Assembly (NCBI GenBank): GCA_963764625.1
Contig: CAVXTH010000009.1
Coordinates: 1,024,001-1,088,000 of the forward strand
Length of the DNA: 64,000 bases
Reading direction: 5' to 3'
DNA from: Candidatus Krumholzibacteriota bacterium
Lineage (GTDB): Bacteria; Krumholzibacteriota; Krumholzibacteriia; JAJRXK01
Of this stretch, positions 9,343 to 20,407 are shown piece after piece (the stretch's first letter is position 1; each line of letters opens with the position of its first letter). The notes beneath the pieces were generated by a model that was not told the DNA's origin, did not search any database, and saw nothing but the letters and a program-made list of their open reading frames with translations. The position numbers were made by a program, and so were the translations under genes.

Positions 9343-12300
9343 ATGTCTTGCACCTTTTCCAATTGCGCGATCGGTTTTGTCGCCGGTGTGCTTCTGTTCT
9401 TCACCACGACCAACGCGAGAGCCGAGAATCAAGTGGCGGGAAGCGAGCTCGGCGCCGAAGCCAAGAGCGAGTCGCTGAGCAACAATTCCACTTCGCTGAG
9501 CGCAGACCGGGACTGGCAATTCGTGAAGCGGCTGCGCGACGACGGAATGGAAGACGTAGCCGCGCGCCAGTTGCTCGAGTTCGCGAAGAACTACCCTCGC
9601 GATCCCCGGGCCGCCTCAGCTCTCTTGCAGGCAGCGAGCGTCTACCGCCACTTGGGTCAGCCGGTGGGTGCTCTGAAGGCCTACGATGAACTGCTGACCC
9701 ATTTCCCCTCGTCTGCGCAGGCCGAGAGCGCGCTCCTGGAGAAGGGGGCTCTGCTCGCGGAAGGTAAGCGCAACCAGGAGGCGGCCGAGGCCTATCGCAG
9801 TCTGCTCACTTCGTTTCCCGCAAGCGACCAGGCAGATGCGGCGCGCCTCGGGCTGGGCGAGGCGGTGATGGCCTTGAATCAGGGCGAGGAGGCCGAGCGC
9901 CTCTTCCGTTCTCTCGTGGGTGGTCGCGCCGCGCCGCCGCTCGCGGCGAGAGCGCGCTTCGATCTTGGGGTGCTCGCCCAGAAGGCGGGGGAGGACAGCC
10001 TTGCCATCGCGCAGTTCGATGCGGTGCACACGAGCTATCCCGGTGAGGTCGTGGGCGCATTCGGTTTGCTCCGTTCTGCCGAGTTGCTTCGCGATCGAGA
10101 AGCGCCTCAGGCCGCGCGCGACCATTACCAGATGGTCCTCCGCAAGTACTCCGATCCCTACCTGCAGGCGCGCGCGCATCTGGGTTTGGCCATCCTTGAC
10201 GAGGCGGCGCAGTCGTGGGAGGACGCGGCGAAACGCTTTCGCGCGGTGGCCGATCACGGGGGCACTCCCGAACAAGTGCAACAGTCCCTGCTGGGGTTGG
10301 GGGAATGTGAGCTGCGGGCGGGAAACTCCAAGCCGGCCAGGGAGGCGGCCAATGCCTTCCTGGAGAAGTACCCCGACGCCCCGGGTGCCCCACGGGCGCA
10401 CTTGATTCTGGCACGGGCAGACTCGAAGGACGGCAAAGAGGGGGCGAAAGACGAACTTCTGTCCCTCGCCGCGAGCTCCGATTCCACCGTGGCCTTCACG
10501 GCGCTGTCCAGCTTGGCGACGGCGATCGAGAGCGCGAAGGAGCCGCAGGAGCACGACTTCGCCAAAGCCCGCGATTTCTGGCGCCGGGCCGCCGCCGTGG
10601 CCCCCAGCGATTCCGAGCGTTCGTCTGCCCTGGCCAAGGCCGCTTTGATCACCAGTGACAAGATGAAGCGCCATGCGCTGGCGGCCGATCTCTACGACGA
10701 AGCAGCCGCGGTCGAGCCGGAGGACGCGACCCAGGCGCAATACCTCTTTCTGGAAGAAGAGCAGCTGCGCGCCGCGGACGAAAGCGAGCGCGCGAAGCAG
10801 GTCGCCCAGATCGTGATCCGCCAGCATCCCATGAGCGCACAGGCCGCGATGCTCAGAGAGCAACTCGAGGTCGACGAGCGGCGCGTGCACCAGGATCTTC
10901 CCGAAGCAGTTCGCCGCCTGAGCCAACTTGCGCTCGCAAGCGATGAGGACCTTTCCACGCGCCGCATGGCGGTGGGGGTCGTTCTCCGACAATACGCAGG
11001 GGACCCGGCTTCAGCGGCACAGATCCTGAAGGAGGCAGTGGCGGCCGCTTCCGACTCCGCGGGAGCGGCGCGCGCGTCCCTTCAGTTGGGAAGGAGCTGG
11101 CAAGACCTAGCGCTCGTTACCCTGCTCGATTCTCCCTCGAGCTCTTCGTGGAAAGAGGACTGGAGCCGCGCGCGCAAGGCCTACTCTCTCGCGGCCGCCT
11201 ATGCGCCGAGAGCCGCGGTAGGGAGTGCCGCCCGAGCCTCGCTTTTGAAGTTGGATCTGGCGCAGGCGGCGCAGGCGGAATCTCCTCCGCTCTTCGACGC
11301 CGAATTCACCCCCCTGTTGGGCGGGTACGGGGCACAGGAGGCGCTCGATCTGAGCGGAGGGGCGTGGTCCCCCATCGCGGCCCGAATCCGCGAGGCGGTG
11401 CAGGATGGCTCCTCGGGAGAGGCGAAAGCCTGGTTCCTGTGGCGTGACGCCGAGCTCTCGCATGCGATCGCGGACTCCCAGCGCGTGGTCTGGCTGAAGC
11501 AGGCCCTGTCGGAGAAAGTCTCGCCGATGCGGGAGTGGACCCTACGGTATTCCCTGGCCTGGTTCTACCATCGGACGGGAGCCGACGATGAGGCGGCGAC
11601 TCAACTGCGACGGATCATGGATGCGCCCGACTCGGGAAATTTGGGTTTGGCGGCCCGCTATCTCATGGCAGAAATCCAACGCGGAAAGCAGCACTTCGCC
11701 GCGGCCAAGAGCCTCTACGAATCCTACGCTCTCGCGTTTCCGCAAACGCAACTCGGCCAGCGCTCGCTTCTGCTTGCGGGAGACATGGCTCTTTACGGAG
11801 GAGACTCCGACGCAGCGGCTACCGCCTATCGCGCGCTGCTCGAGCGCTACCCGAAGGGCAACTACACCGACGACGCGAACTACCGCCTCGCGACGGCACA
11901 GATGCGCCGGGGCAGACTCGAAGATGCTCGCCGCCGGTTCCAGGAGTTGGCGAAGGAGAATTCCCAGAGCCGCTACGCGGGACGAAGTCTGCTCAAACTC
12001 TCGCAGCTGGAGAGCAGTGCCGGTCACGACAGTCTCGCGACCGATGCGCTTGCGCGCCTGAGTGCTCTCGATCCGGAGCTCGCGCAGAAGGAAGATGTCT
12101 TCCGTACTCTGGCCGAGCTTCAACTCAAGCGGAATCGGCCGGATTCGGCGCTGCGCTGGTTGGACCGCTTCCAGGAGGATCCGCCGAGAGCGCGGACCCT
12201 GGCGCTTCGGGTGAGGGCCCTCGCTCTGCAGGGAAAGCTCAAGGAAGCGGGGGAGCGGCTCTCAAGCCTCAGCGAAGGGTATCCCGAGGCAGGAGCTCTC

Positions 12301-13143
12301 GTGCCACAGGCACGCTGTGATCTCGCCGACGCCGAACTTGCGGCGGGAAAGGGCGAGGATGCTATCGCCCTGTATCAGAGGGTCGCCCAGGAACCGGTAA
12401 CCAAGGAATTCTTGGCGCGAGCCGAGTACGGTGAGGGCATGTGCATGCTCGCCGCTCAGCGCTTCGACGATGCGAGTTCCGCGTTCGAGCGCGCGGCCGA
12501 CGCGGCTCCGCACAGCGATTGGTCGGCCCAGGCTCTGTTCAAGGTGGCGAACCTCGCGGCGCGCCGGGGTGACGACGACGCGGCGCGCAAAGCGTATCAG
12601 GATCTCGTCGACGAATACCCGCATCATTCTCTGTCGGTGGATGCCATGAAGGGCTTGGCGATGAGTTGGCGTAGGCTCGAACGCTACGACAAGGCACTCG
12701 AGGTGTATCACACTCTCCTGGAAGAGGAACCCGATCTGCCCCAGGCCGAGCAGATCCTGAGCAACATCGCCTACTGCTACCACGAATCGGGGCGCTACGA
12801 GCTGAGCATCGCCGCCTACAAGCGGGTCATGCCTCTGTTGAACGAAGAGGACCAGGCCTACGGTCAGTTTTGGATTGCGGACTCTCTGGAGAAGCTGCGA
12901 CGTTACGAGGAAGCCGCGGCGGCGTTTCTCAAAATTCCCTACCTCTATCCCAAGAGCGGTCAACTTCCGGTGACGGCGCAACTCAAAGCCGCCGGAGTGT
13001 ACCAGAAGATGGGCGAAGTCGAGGCGGCCTCGAAACTCTACGCGAAAGTGATTCACCAGCACGGAGCCAAGAGCCAATGGGGTGCCGAGGCCGCGCGCCG
13101 TCTCCAAGCTCTGCAGGCGGGGGGAAAGAGCGGTGGCTCTTGA
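9343..13143 (+). CDS. Large exported TPR protein (BamD/CpoB-type repeats)
   Basis: Signal peptide ending ARA; many repeats like YDELLTHFPSS and YRALLERYPKG; RBS GGAGG. Confidence 0.82.
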   Translation: MSCTFSNCAIGFVAGVLLFFTTTNARAENQVAGSELGAEAKSESLSNNSTSLSADRDWQFVKRLRDDGMEDVAARQLLEFAKNYPRDPRAASALLQAASVYRHLGQPVGALKAYDELLTHFPSSAQAESALLEKGALLAEGKRNQEAAEAYRSLLTSFPASDQADAARLGLGEAVMALNQGEEAERLFRSLVGGRAAPPLAARARFDLGVLAQKAGEDSLAIAQFDAVHTSYPGEVVGAFGLLRSAELLRDREAPQAARDHYQMVLRKYSDPYLQARAHLGLAILDEAAQSWEDAAKRFRAVADHGGTPEQVQQSLLGLGECELRAGNSKPAREAANAFLEKYPDAPGAPRAHLILARADSKDGKEGAKDELLSLAASSDSTVAFTALSSLATAIESAKEPQEHDFAKARDFWRRAAAVAPSDSERSSALAKAALITSDKMKRHALAADLYDEAAAVEPEDATQAQYLFLEEEQLRAADESERAKQVAQIVIRQHPMSAQAAMLREQLEVDERRVHQDLPEAVRRLSQLALASDEDLSTRRMAVGVVLRQYAGDPASAAQILKEAVAAASDSAGAARASLQLGRSWQDLALVTLLDSPSSSSWKEDWSRARKAYSLAAAYAPRAAVGSAARASLLKLDLAQAAQAESPPLFDAEFTPLLGGYGAQEALDLSGGAWSPIAARIREAVQDGSSGEAKAWFLWRDAELSHAIADSQRVVWLKQALSEKVSPMREWTLRYSLAWFYHRTGADDEAATQLRRIMDAPDSGNLGLAARYLMAEIQRGKQHFAAAKSLYESYALAFPQTQLGQRSLLLAGDMALYGGDSDAAATAYRALLERYPKGNYTDDANYRLATAQMRRGRLEDARRRFQELAKENSQSRYAGRSLLKLSQLESSAGHDSLATDALARLSALDPELAQKEDVFRTLAELQLKRNRPDSALRWLDRFQEDPPRARTLALRVRALALQGKLKEAGERLSSLSEGYPEAGALVPQARCDLADAELAAGKGEDAIALYQRVAQEPVTKEFLARAEYGEGMCMLAAQRFDDASSAFERAADAAPHSDWSAQALFKVANLAARRGDDDAARKAYQDLVDEYPHHSLSVDAMKGLAMSWRRLERYDKALEVYHTLLEEEPDLPQAEQILSNIAYCYHESGRYELSIAAYKRVMPLLNEEDQAYGQFWIADSLEKLRRYEEAAAAFLKIPYLYPKSGQLPVTAQLKAAGVYQKMGEVEAASKLYAKVIHQHGAKSQWGAEAARRLQALQAGGKSGGS

Positions 13144-13147
13144 GCGC

Positions 13148-15961
13148 ATGACCATTCATCTGAGGGGCGTACGAGAGCATAACCTCAAGAACATCGAGGT
13201 CGAGCTGCCGCGGAATGAATTGGTCGTCATCACCGGACCCAGCGGATCGGGGAAGAGTAGCCTCGCGTTCGATACTCTGTACGCGGAGGGTCAGCGGCGT
13301 TATCTCGAGAGCCTCTCGGCCTATGCGCGACACTTCCTCGAGCAAGTTCCCAAGCCCGACGTCGATCGGGTGGAGGGTTTGAGTCCGGCTCTGGCGATCC
13401 AGCAGAGAGGTCTGGGGCGCAATCCGCGCTCGACCGTCGGCACCATCACCGAGATCATTCCCTTCCTGCGGCTGCTCTTCGCCCGGCTTGGCGAACCCCA
13501 TTGCCCCAAGTGCAAGGTCAAGGTGGCGTCCGGTCATCCCTCGCTCATCCTGAAAGAGCTGTTGCACCTGCCGGAGGGAACACGCTTTCTCATTCTGGCC
13601 CCGGTGCTGCGGAGCCGGCGGGGAGAACAGCGTCCGCTGTTGTCCGCGCTGCGCAAGAAGGGCTACGCGCGCGTTCGCGTCGACGGCCAGATCTTGGCCC
13701 TCAGCGAGGTGGAAGCGCTCGCGAAGGGGGCCCGGCACGATGTCGATCTGGTGGTGGATCGCCTGGAGGCGAAGAGCGGGTCCGAGCAGAGATTGACGAG
13801 TAGTATCGAGAGAGCCTTGGCGGAGGGAGAGGGAAGTCTCATCATCTCTCCCTTGACCACAGGGCGCGAGAAGGTCTACAGCGATCGCCTCGCGTGTCCG
13901 AAGTGCGGCACCGGCTTCGCGATCCTGGAACCGAGGCTCTTCTCGTTCAATTCACCGGCCGGCGCGTGCCCCTCTTGCCGGGGTCTGGGTTCGACGCGGA
14001 AGATCGCCGAAGCTCTGCTCTTCCCCGATCCCTCCGCGAGCCTGCGCGAAGGCGGATTGGCTCCCCTGAAGGGGAAGAACCAGAGCTTCATCCACGAGCA
14101 GGTCGACTACCTCGCCAAGCGTATGGGGTTCGATGAGTCCAAATCCCTGGCCGAGATGCCCCAGCGGCTCCGGCGGGCGCTGCTGCAGGGAACGATGGGC
14201 GAGGAGTTCGACTTCTTGCGCGAGGGGATCAGCGGCCACGAGCGCTTCTTGGCCGACTTCGAGGGTTTGGTGCCAATGCTGACGCGGCGCGCTCGCGAGA
14301 CGAAGAGCCAGAGGATCCGAAGCTGGTGCGAGGAGTTCATGGAGGAGCGGATCTGTCCGGACTGCAAGGGAACCCGTCTGCGTCCGGAGGCGCTTGCCGT
14401 CAAAATCTTCGGATGCGATCTCGGCGAACTCTCCGAAGCTCCTCTCTGCAGACTCCTGGAACGAGTGGGGGAGTGGAACTTCCAGGGAAGCGAGGCCGTG
14501 ATCGGAGGACCTCTCCAAGAGGAGATCGTCTCTCGCCTGGGATTCCTCGTGCAGGCCGGACTGGGCTACTTGTCTCTGAGCCGCCCCGTGAATTCGCTCA
14601 GCGGGGGAGAGGGCCAGCGCGTGCGCTTGGCCACGCAGGTGGGAGGACGACTCACCGGTGTACTCTACGTTCTCGACGAGCCCAGCGTCGGCTTGCACGC
14701 GCGGGACAACGAGCGTCTGATCGAGCTTCTCCGTCGCCTCGTGGACCGCGGGAACTCGCTCGTCGTGGTGGAACACGACCGCGACATCATCGTGGCGGCG
14801 GATCACGTGGTCGATCTGGGTCCGGGGGCCGGGGATCACGGAGGCGAGGTGGTCGCGCAGGGAACCCCCGAGGAGATCGCGCTGAAGGCGGACTCCCCGA
14901 CCGGACGCTGGCTGGCCCGACCACTCGAGCTACCCAAAAACCGGCGCGCCGTCGATCCGAAGCGGACTCTGGTGATCCGGGGCGCGCGCGCCCGCAACCT
15001 CAAGGACATCGACGTGACAATTCCCTTGGGCAAGCTCATCGCGGTCACCGGCGTCTCCGGAAGCGGAAAGAGCACTCTGATCCACGAAATCCTCTACCGC
15101 GCTCTGGCCCAAACGCTCCACGGGGCTCTGGCCAGGCCCGGAGATCACGATCGCATCGAGGGAAGCGAGGCCCTGGACAAGGTCATCCTCATCGACCAAC
15201 AGCCGATTGGACGTTCTCCTCGGAGTACTCCCGCCACCTTCACCGGGCTCTACACTCACCTGCGGAAACTTCTCGCGCAGACACCGGCGGCGAAGGCGCG
15301 CGGCTTCGACCAGGGCCGGTTTTCCTTCAACACCAAGGGGGGGCGCTGCGAGGCCTGTGATGGGGCGGGCGTGCGCACACTCACTATGGATTTTCTCCCC
15401 CGGGTGCGGGTAGTCTGTGACGTCTGCCGGGGCCGGAGATTCAACCGCCAAACCCTCGAGGTGAGTTACAAGGGGCACTCGATCGCGGACTACCTGCAGA
15501 TGACGATCGAAGAGGCGGGGGAACTCCTGGATCCGGTCCCTTCGATCGGAAGAGTCCTTTCGACTCTGCAGAAGGTCGGTCTTGGTTACCTTCGGCTGGG
15601 TCAAGCGGCGGATACTCTCAGCGGCGGTGAAGCCCAGCGGCTGAAGTTGGCGCGTGAGCTGAGTCGCCCTTCCACGGGAACGACCCTGTACCTCTTGGAC
15701 GAGCCCACGACCGGACTACATTTCCAGGACGTGGAGATGCTGTTGGCGGTGCTCGCAAAATTGGTGGACAAGGGCAATACGGTATTGGTCATCGAGCACC
15801 ATCCCGAGGTGATACTGGCCGCCGACTGGATCGTGGACTTGGGACCCGAGGGTGGCGACGAAGGTGGCGCCATCGTGGTACAGGGACTCCTGGATGAGGT
15901 GATGCAGTGCTCTGCGTCCCACACCGGTCGCATGCTCAAGAGGCAACTCCATGCGGCTTGA
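13148..15961 (+). CDS. uvrA: Excinuclease ABC subunit A
   Basis: HNLKNI, GSGKSSLAFDTLYAEGQRRY, Zn fingers, two LSGGE signatures; alternative GTG start at 13133. Confidence 0.97.
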   Translation: MTIHLRGVREHNLKNIEVELPRNELVVITGPSGSGKSSLAFDTLYAEGQRRYLESLSAYARHFLEQVPKPDVDRVEGLSPALAIQQRGLGRNPRSTVGTITEIIPFLRLLFARLGEPHCPKCKVKVASGHPSLILKELLHLPEGTRFLILAPVLRSRRGEQRPLLSALRKKGYARVRVDGQILALSEVEALAKGARHDVDLVVDRLEAKSGSEQRLTSSIERALAEGEGSLIISPLTTGREKVYSDRLACPKCGTGFAILEPRLFSFNSPAGACPSCRGLGSTRKIAEALLFPDPSASLREGGLAPLKGKNQSFIHEQVDYLAKRMGFDESKSLAEMPQRLRRALLQGTMGEEFDFLREGISGHERFLADFEGLVPMLTRRARETKSQRIRSWCEEFMEERICPDCKGTRLRPEALAVKIFGCDLGELSEAPLCRLLERVGEWNFQGSEAVIGGPLQEEIVSRLGFLVQAGLGYLSLSRPVNSLSGGEGQRVRLATQVGGRLTGVLYVLDEPSVGLHARDNERLIELLRRLVDRGNSLVVVEHDRDIIVAADHVVDLGPGAGDHGGEVVAQGTPEEIALKADSPTGRWLARPLELPKNRRAVDPKRTLVIRGARARNLKDIDVTIPLGKLIAVTGVSGSGKSTLIHEILYRALAQTLHGALARPGDHDRIEGSEALDKVILIDQQPIGRSPRSTPATFTGLYTHLRKLLAQTPAAKARGFDQGRFSFNTKGGRCEACDGAGVRTLTMDFLPRVRVVCDVCRGRRFNRQTLEVSYKGHSIADYLQMTIEEAGELLDPVPSIGRVLSTLQKVGLGYLRLGQAADTLSGGEAQRLKLARELSRPSTGTTLYLLDEPTTGLHFQDVEMLLAVLAKLVDKGNTVLVIEHHPEVILAADWIVDLGPEGGDEGGAIVVQGLLDEVMQCSASHTGRMLKRQLHAA

Positions 15962-16021
15962 ATTCGTCGAGGCGTTAGTTCCGGAGGAGGGCGACGCCGC
16001 TCCGCGAGAAGGACTTGGAAC

Positions 16022-17136
16022 ATGAGTGAACCGCGTCGCACGCCGTTGAGCTCTTGGCACGAAGAGCACGGAGGCCGCATGGTCGATTTCGCCGGGTACT
16101 GGATGCCGGTGCAGTACGAGGGAGTGCTGGCCGAACATCGCCGGGTTCGTGAGCAGGTGGGGCTGTTCGACATCAGCCACATGGCCGAGTTCCACCTTCG
16201 AGGCGGCAATGCGCGGCTCGCCCTCGATTCGTTGATCACGAACAACTTGAGCCGCCTGGAGCCACAAAGAGTGCTCTACACCGCCCTCTGTCGCGAGGGC
16301 GGAGGCGTGCTGGACGACTTGCTGGTCTACTGTCTTTCCGGCGACCATTTTCTGGTGGTGGCGAACGCCGCCAATCGCGAGAAAGTCGCCAAATGGCTAA
16401 GGGACCGTCTGCCACCCGAGGTGGACTTCGCCGATGAAAGTGATTCCACCGCCCTCATCGCCATTCAGGGTCCTTCGAGCCTGGAGCTGTTGCTGCGCTG
16501 GCCGCGCGGGAAGGAGATCGCGGAAGGGCTGCGAGAGCTCGAGTACTACCATACTTTGCAGCCGGTGTTCGCCGACTCGCAGTGTATTCTGTCGCGCACC
16601 GGATATACCGGGGAGAAGGGCTTCGAACTCTATCTTCCCTCTTCTTGCGCGGTCGGACTTCTGGGAGGAGCTCCTGCAGGCCGGGGCCGCGCTTTCGGCG
16701 GCGCCAGTGGGTCTGGGGGCTCGGGATACGCTTACGCCTGGAGGCCTGCTATTCGCTCTATGGACACGAGCTCGACGAAGATCACACTCCCTACGAGTCG
16801 AACATCGGTTGGGTGGTGCGGCTGAAGTCCCCGGTCGAATTCGTGGGGAAGGCGATCCTTCAGCAGCAGAAAGAAGCCGGAGCGGAGTTCTGCGTCGCCG
16901 GCTTCACCGTGCAGGGGAAGGCCATCGCCCGGCAGGGAGCCCGAATCCTCTCCGGCGGTCGCGAGGTCGGTCAGGTGACCAGCGGGACCTTCTCCCCGAC
17001 TCTGGAGCGTGGTATCGCGCTCGCCCGCGTGAAGCAAGCGGCACTGGACGAGGAGCTCGAAGTCGAGATACGCGGAAGACGCCACCCCTTCCTCCGGGTG
17101 GAGACTCCTTTCGTTCCGCTCCACGTGAAGGATTGA
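16022..17136 (+). CDS. gcvT: Glycine cleavage T protein, broken by two +1 indels (~16655 and ~16733)
   Basis: RTPL, GLFDISHM and SRTGYTGEKGFE in one frame; GLGARDTL in a second; RLEA...LYGHEL and VTSGTFSPTL in a third. Confidence 0.93.
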
Positions 17137-17183
17137 GACCATTTCGAGGTGGCAGTGACAAATCTCGGATCAAGGAGTTGAAC

Positions 17184-17561
17184 ATGAGACCCACGGACAT
17201 CCAGTACACCAAGGAACACGAGTGGATCCGCATGGAGGGCGATCAGGGGATCATCGGCGTGACCGATTTCGCCGCTTCGGAGCTGGGGGACATCGTGTTC
17301 ATCGAACTTCCCACCGCCGGTACTGCGATCCAGGCGGGCGAATCCCTGGGGAGCATCGAGACGGTGAAGGCGGTCGAGGATCTCTATTCGCCGGTGAGCG
17401 GTGTGGTGCTCGATATCAACGTGAAGCTCGAAGAGAGTCCGGAGTTGGTGAACGAGGATCCATTTGGAGAGGGATGGATGGTGCGCGTTCAGGTGGAGAA
17501 CCTCGACCAAGCCGAACTCCTGAGCGCGGAAGAATACGCCAGCGAAATCGGAGAGGAATGA
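17184..17561 (+). CDS. gcvH: Glycine cleavage H protein
   Basis: YTKEHEW, lipoyl site ETVKAV, VNEDPFGEGW; RBS AAGGAG. Confidence 0.96.
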   Translation: MRPTDIQYTKEHEWIRMEGDQGIIGVTDFAASELGDIVFIELPTAGTAIQAGESLGSIETVKAVEDLYSPVSGVVLDINVKLEESPELVNEDPFGEGWMVRVQVENLDQAELLSAEEYASEIGEE

Positions 17562-17565
17562 TCGT

Positions 17566-18945
17566 ATGGCCTACGCGCCGCATACCGCCCGTGAAGTCGA
17601 GGAGATGCTCGAAACGATCGGGCATCCTTCCGTCGAGAGTCTCTTCTCGAGCATCCCCGACGCCCTCCGGCTGAAGAACGGTTTGAGGATCCCCGACGGC
17701 ATCAGCGAGGCCGCCTTGAGGCGGGAGTTCGCCCGGATGGCGCGCGCCAATCAAAGCGCCGAGGATCTCGTCTGTTTCGCGGGCGGGGGCTACTACGAGC
17801 ACGACATCCCGGCCGTCGTTCCCTATCTCGCGCTGCGGAGCGAGTTCGCCACCGCCTACACTCCGTATCAAGCGGAGGTTTCCCAAGGCACTCTCCAGGT
17901 CATCTACGAGTTCCAGAGCTACATCTGTCGTCTCACTGGACTCGACGTCAGCAACGCGAGCCTCTACGACGGCGCCACCGCTCTGGTGGAAGCGGTTCTC
18001 CTCGCCGTCAACCAGACCCGTCGTTCGAAGGTCCTCGTGCCGGCGACTCTCTGGTCTCGCTGGCAACGCGTGCTTCACACCTATCTGCAAGCGCGTGACC
18101 TGACGGTCCTGGCCATCGCCAGCAGCGAGGACGGCCGTCTGGACGAGGCTGACCTCGACGCAAAGCTCGACGACGACACTGCATGCGTGGTTCTGGTCCA
18201 GCCCAACGGGCTGGGAGTTCTGGAGGACGCGCGCGCGATCGGTCAGCGGGTGGAGAACAGCAACGCGCTGTTGATCGCGGCGGTGAATCCCACCACCCTG
18301 CCCTTGCTCGATCCCCCGGGATCCTACGGCGCGGCGGTAGCGGTGGGAGAGGGCCAGCCTCTGGGATTGCCCATGAGCTTCGGCGGGCCCACGTTTGGCT
18401 TCATCGCGGCGCGTGACGAGCTCAAGCGTCGCATGCCGGGTCGCATCGTGGGGGAGACGGTGGATCGCGACGGAAAGCGCGGTTTCGTGTTGACCCTGCA
18501 AACCCGGGAACAGCACATTCGCCGCGAAAAGGCCACCTCTAACATCTGCACCAACCAGGGTCTGGCTGCCACCATGGCAACCATCTACATGTCGATGCTT
18601 GGCAAAGAGGGATTGGCTGCGGTAGCGCATGCCTGCCAGGCCAAGGCCCATTATCTGGCCCAGGGACTGGAGCGAATCGGCGGGGTGGCGCTTCCTTTCA
18701 GCGCACCGTTCTTCCACGAGTTCGTCCTGCGGACGCCTTTGCCGGCACGCGAATTCCTGCAGCTCTGTGCCCAGGAGAAGATTCTGGCGGGAATCGCTCT
18801 GAGGGATCTGTGCGAAGGAGCCGACGAACGCGACGTGCTCGTCGCGGTGACCGAATTGCGGACGCGCGAGGAAATGGACGGTTACCTGAAGCTCGCCGAG
18901 GGAATCGTTGCGAATTCGAATGCCGCAACGGCGGGGGGGGCGTGA
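17566..18945 (+). CDS. gcvPA: Glycine dehydrogenase subunit 1
   Basis: TAYTPYQAEVSQG, NASLYDG, TREQHIRREKATSNICTNQ. Confidence 0.96.
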   Translation: MAYAPHTAREVEEMLETIGHPSVESLFSSIPDALRLKNGLRIPDGISEAALRREFARMARANQSAEDLVCFAGGGYYEHDIPAVVPYLALRSEFATAYTPYQAEVSQGTLQVIYEFQSYICRLTGLDVSNASLYDGATALVEAVLLAVNQTRRSKVLVPATLWSRWQRVLHTYLQARDLTVLAIASSEDGRLDEADLDAKLDDDTACVVLVQPNGLGVLEDARAIGQRVENSNALLIAAVNPTTLPLLDPPGSYGAAVAVGEGQPLGLPMSFGGPTFGFIAARDELKRRMPGRIVGETVDRDGKRGFVLTLQTREQHIRREKATSNICTNQGLAATMATIYMSMLGKEGLAAVAHACQAKAHYLAQGLERIGGVALPFSAPFFHEFVLRTPLPAREFLQLCAQEKILAGIALRDLCEGADERDVLVAVTELRTREEMDGYLKLAEGIVANSNAATAGGA

Positions 18946-20405
18946 TGAAGCAGGAAGAGGTGCTCACCATCTTTGAGCGCTCGCGAGCCGGAAGACTCAG
19001 CTATCTGGCGCCCGAGTTGGATGTGCCCGAGGTTTCACTTCCCGAAAATCTGCAGCGCAGAGAGGCGCTCGATTTTCCCCACCTGTCCGAAAGCGAAGTC
19101 GTTCGGCATTACACGAATCTCTCGGTGAAGAATTTTCACATCGACCGCAATCTGTATCCGCTGGGTTCGTGCACGATGAAGTACAACCCGAAAGTGAACG
19201 AACAGATCGCTGGCATGGCCGGATTCGCGAAGATTCATCCCCTTCAAGATGCCTCGCAAGTTCAGGGCGCCTTGGAAGTCATGGTGCGGCTGAAGGAGCT
19301 TCTGGCCGAGATCACCGGGATGGACGCGGTCAGTCTGCAGCCCGCCGCCGGGGCCCACGGAGAATTGCTCGGGATGATGGTCACCCGGCAGTACCACCTC
19401 TCCCGGGGCGAGCAGAAGCGCAAGCGGGTTCTCATTCCCGATTCGGCCCACGGAACGAACCCGGCCAGCGCCACCCTCGTGGGCTTCACCGTGGAGTCGG
19501 TGAGCACCGAGTCGGACGGCAAACTGCGAATCGAAAGACTGAAGGAGAAGCTGGGCGACGATCTCGCGGCCCTGATGATCACCAACCCGAATACTCTCGG
19601 TCTCTTCGAAACGCGGATCGCTGAAATCTCCGAACTGGTGCACGCGGCGGGAGGTCTGATGTACATGGATGGCGCCAACATGAACGCCATCATGGGGAAA
19701 TCTCGTCCGGGCGACATGGGATTCGACCTGGTGCATCTGAACCTTCACAAAACCTTCAGCACGCCCCACGGCGGCGGCGGTCCGGGATGCGGACCCCTCT
19801 GTGTCGTGAAGAAGCTTGCGCCCTTCCTACCCTATCCGCGCGCCAAGCGGGGATCCGATGGCTACTCCTGGCTCGCTGAGCCCGAGGAAGGCGGAGTGCA
19901 TCAGCGCATCCATGGCAGCTACGGCAACTTTCTCGTCATGGTGCGCGCCCTCGCCTACATATTGCGCAACGGCGGAAACGGCTTGAGCCGCGCCAGTGAA
20001 ATGGCGGTGCTGAACGCGAACTATCTGAAGGCCAGGCTGAAGGATGCCCTCACGATCGATTACCCCGAGGGAACGCTCCACGAGTTCGTGGCCAGCGGTC
20101 GGGGGTTGAGGCCCTTGGGCCTCCACACTCTCGATCTCGCGAAGCGGCTCTTGGACTACGGCTATCACGCACCCACGATCTACTTTCCTCTCGTGGTCGA
20201 GGAGGCGCTCATGATCGAGCCCACCGAAACCGAGACCAAGGACACGATGGACGCGTTCGCCGACGCGATTCTTTCGATTCTGCAAGAGGCGCGCGAGAAT
20301 CCGCAGCTGCTCCGCGACGCGCCGCTGACCACCCCGGTGCGTCGGCTCGACGAGACCAAGGCCAATCGGGCTCCCCAGGTGTGCTGGGGCGGCCGCTGCG
20401 ATTGA
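18945..20405 (+). CDS. gcvPB: Glycine dehydrogenase subunit 2
   Basis: YPLGSCTMKYNP, HLNLHKTFSTPHGGGGPG, EPTETE. Confidence 0.96.
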   Translation: MKQEEVLTIFERSRAGRLSYLAPELDVPEVSLPENLQRREALDFPHLSESEVVRHYTNLSVKNFHIDRNLYPLGSCTMKYNPKVNEQIAGMAGFAKIHPLQDASQVQGALEVMVRLKELLAEITGMDAVSLQPAAGAHGELLGMMVTRQYHLSRGEQKRKRVLIPDSAHGTNPASATLVGFTVESVSTESDGKLRIERLKEKLGDDLAALMITNPNTLGLFETRIAEISELVHAAGGLMYMDGANMNAIMGKSRPGDMGFDLVHLNLHKTFSTPHGGGGPGCGPLCVVKKLAPFLPYPRAKRGSDGYSWLAEPEEGGVHQRIHGSYGNFLVMVRALAYILRNGGNGLSRASEMAVLNANYLKARLKDALTIDYPEGTLHEFVASGRGLRPLGLHTLDLAKRLLDYGYHAPTIYFPLVVEEALMIEPTETETKDTMDAFADAILSILQEARENPQLLRDAPLTTPVRRLDETKANRAPQVCWGGRCD

Positions 20406-20407
20406 CG

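Noticed and set aside
15962-16021. Glycine riboswitch before gcvT
   Set aside because: Only 60 bp of intergenic sequence, too short for the aptamer, and no consensus is visible.
16640-16745. Programmed frameshifting or pseudogene in gcvT
   Set aside because: No slippery heptamer is present, the rest of the operon is intact, and similar indels are scattered across the window.
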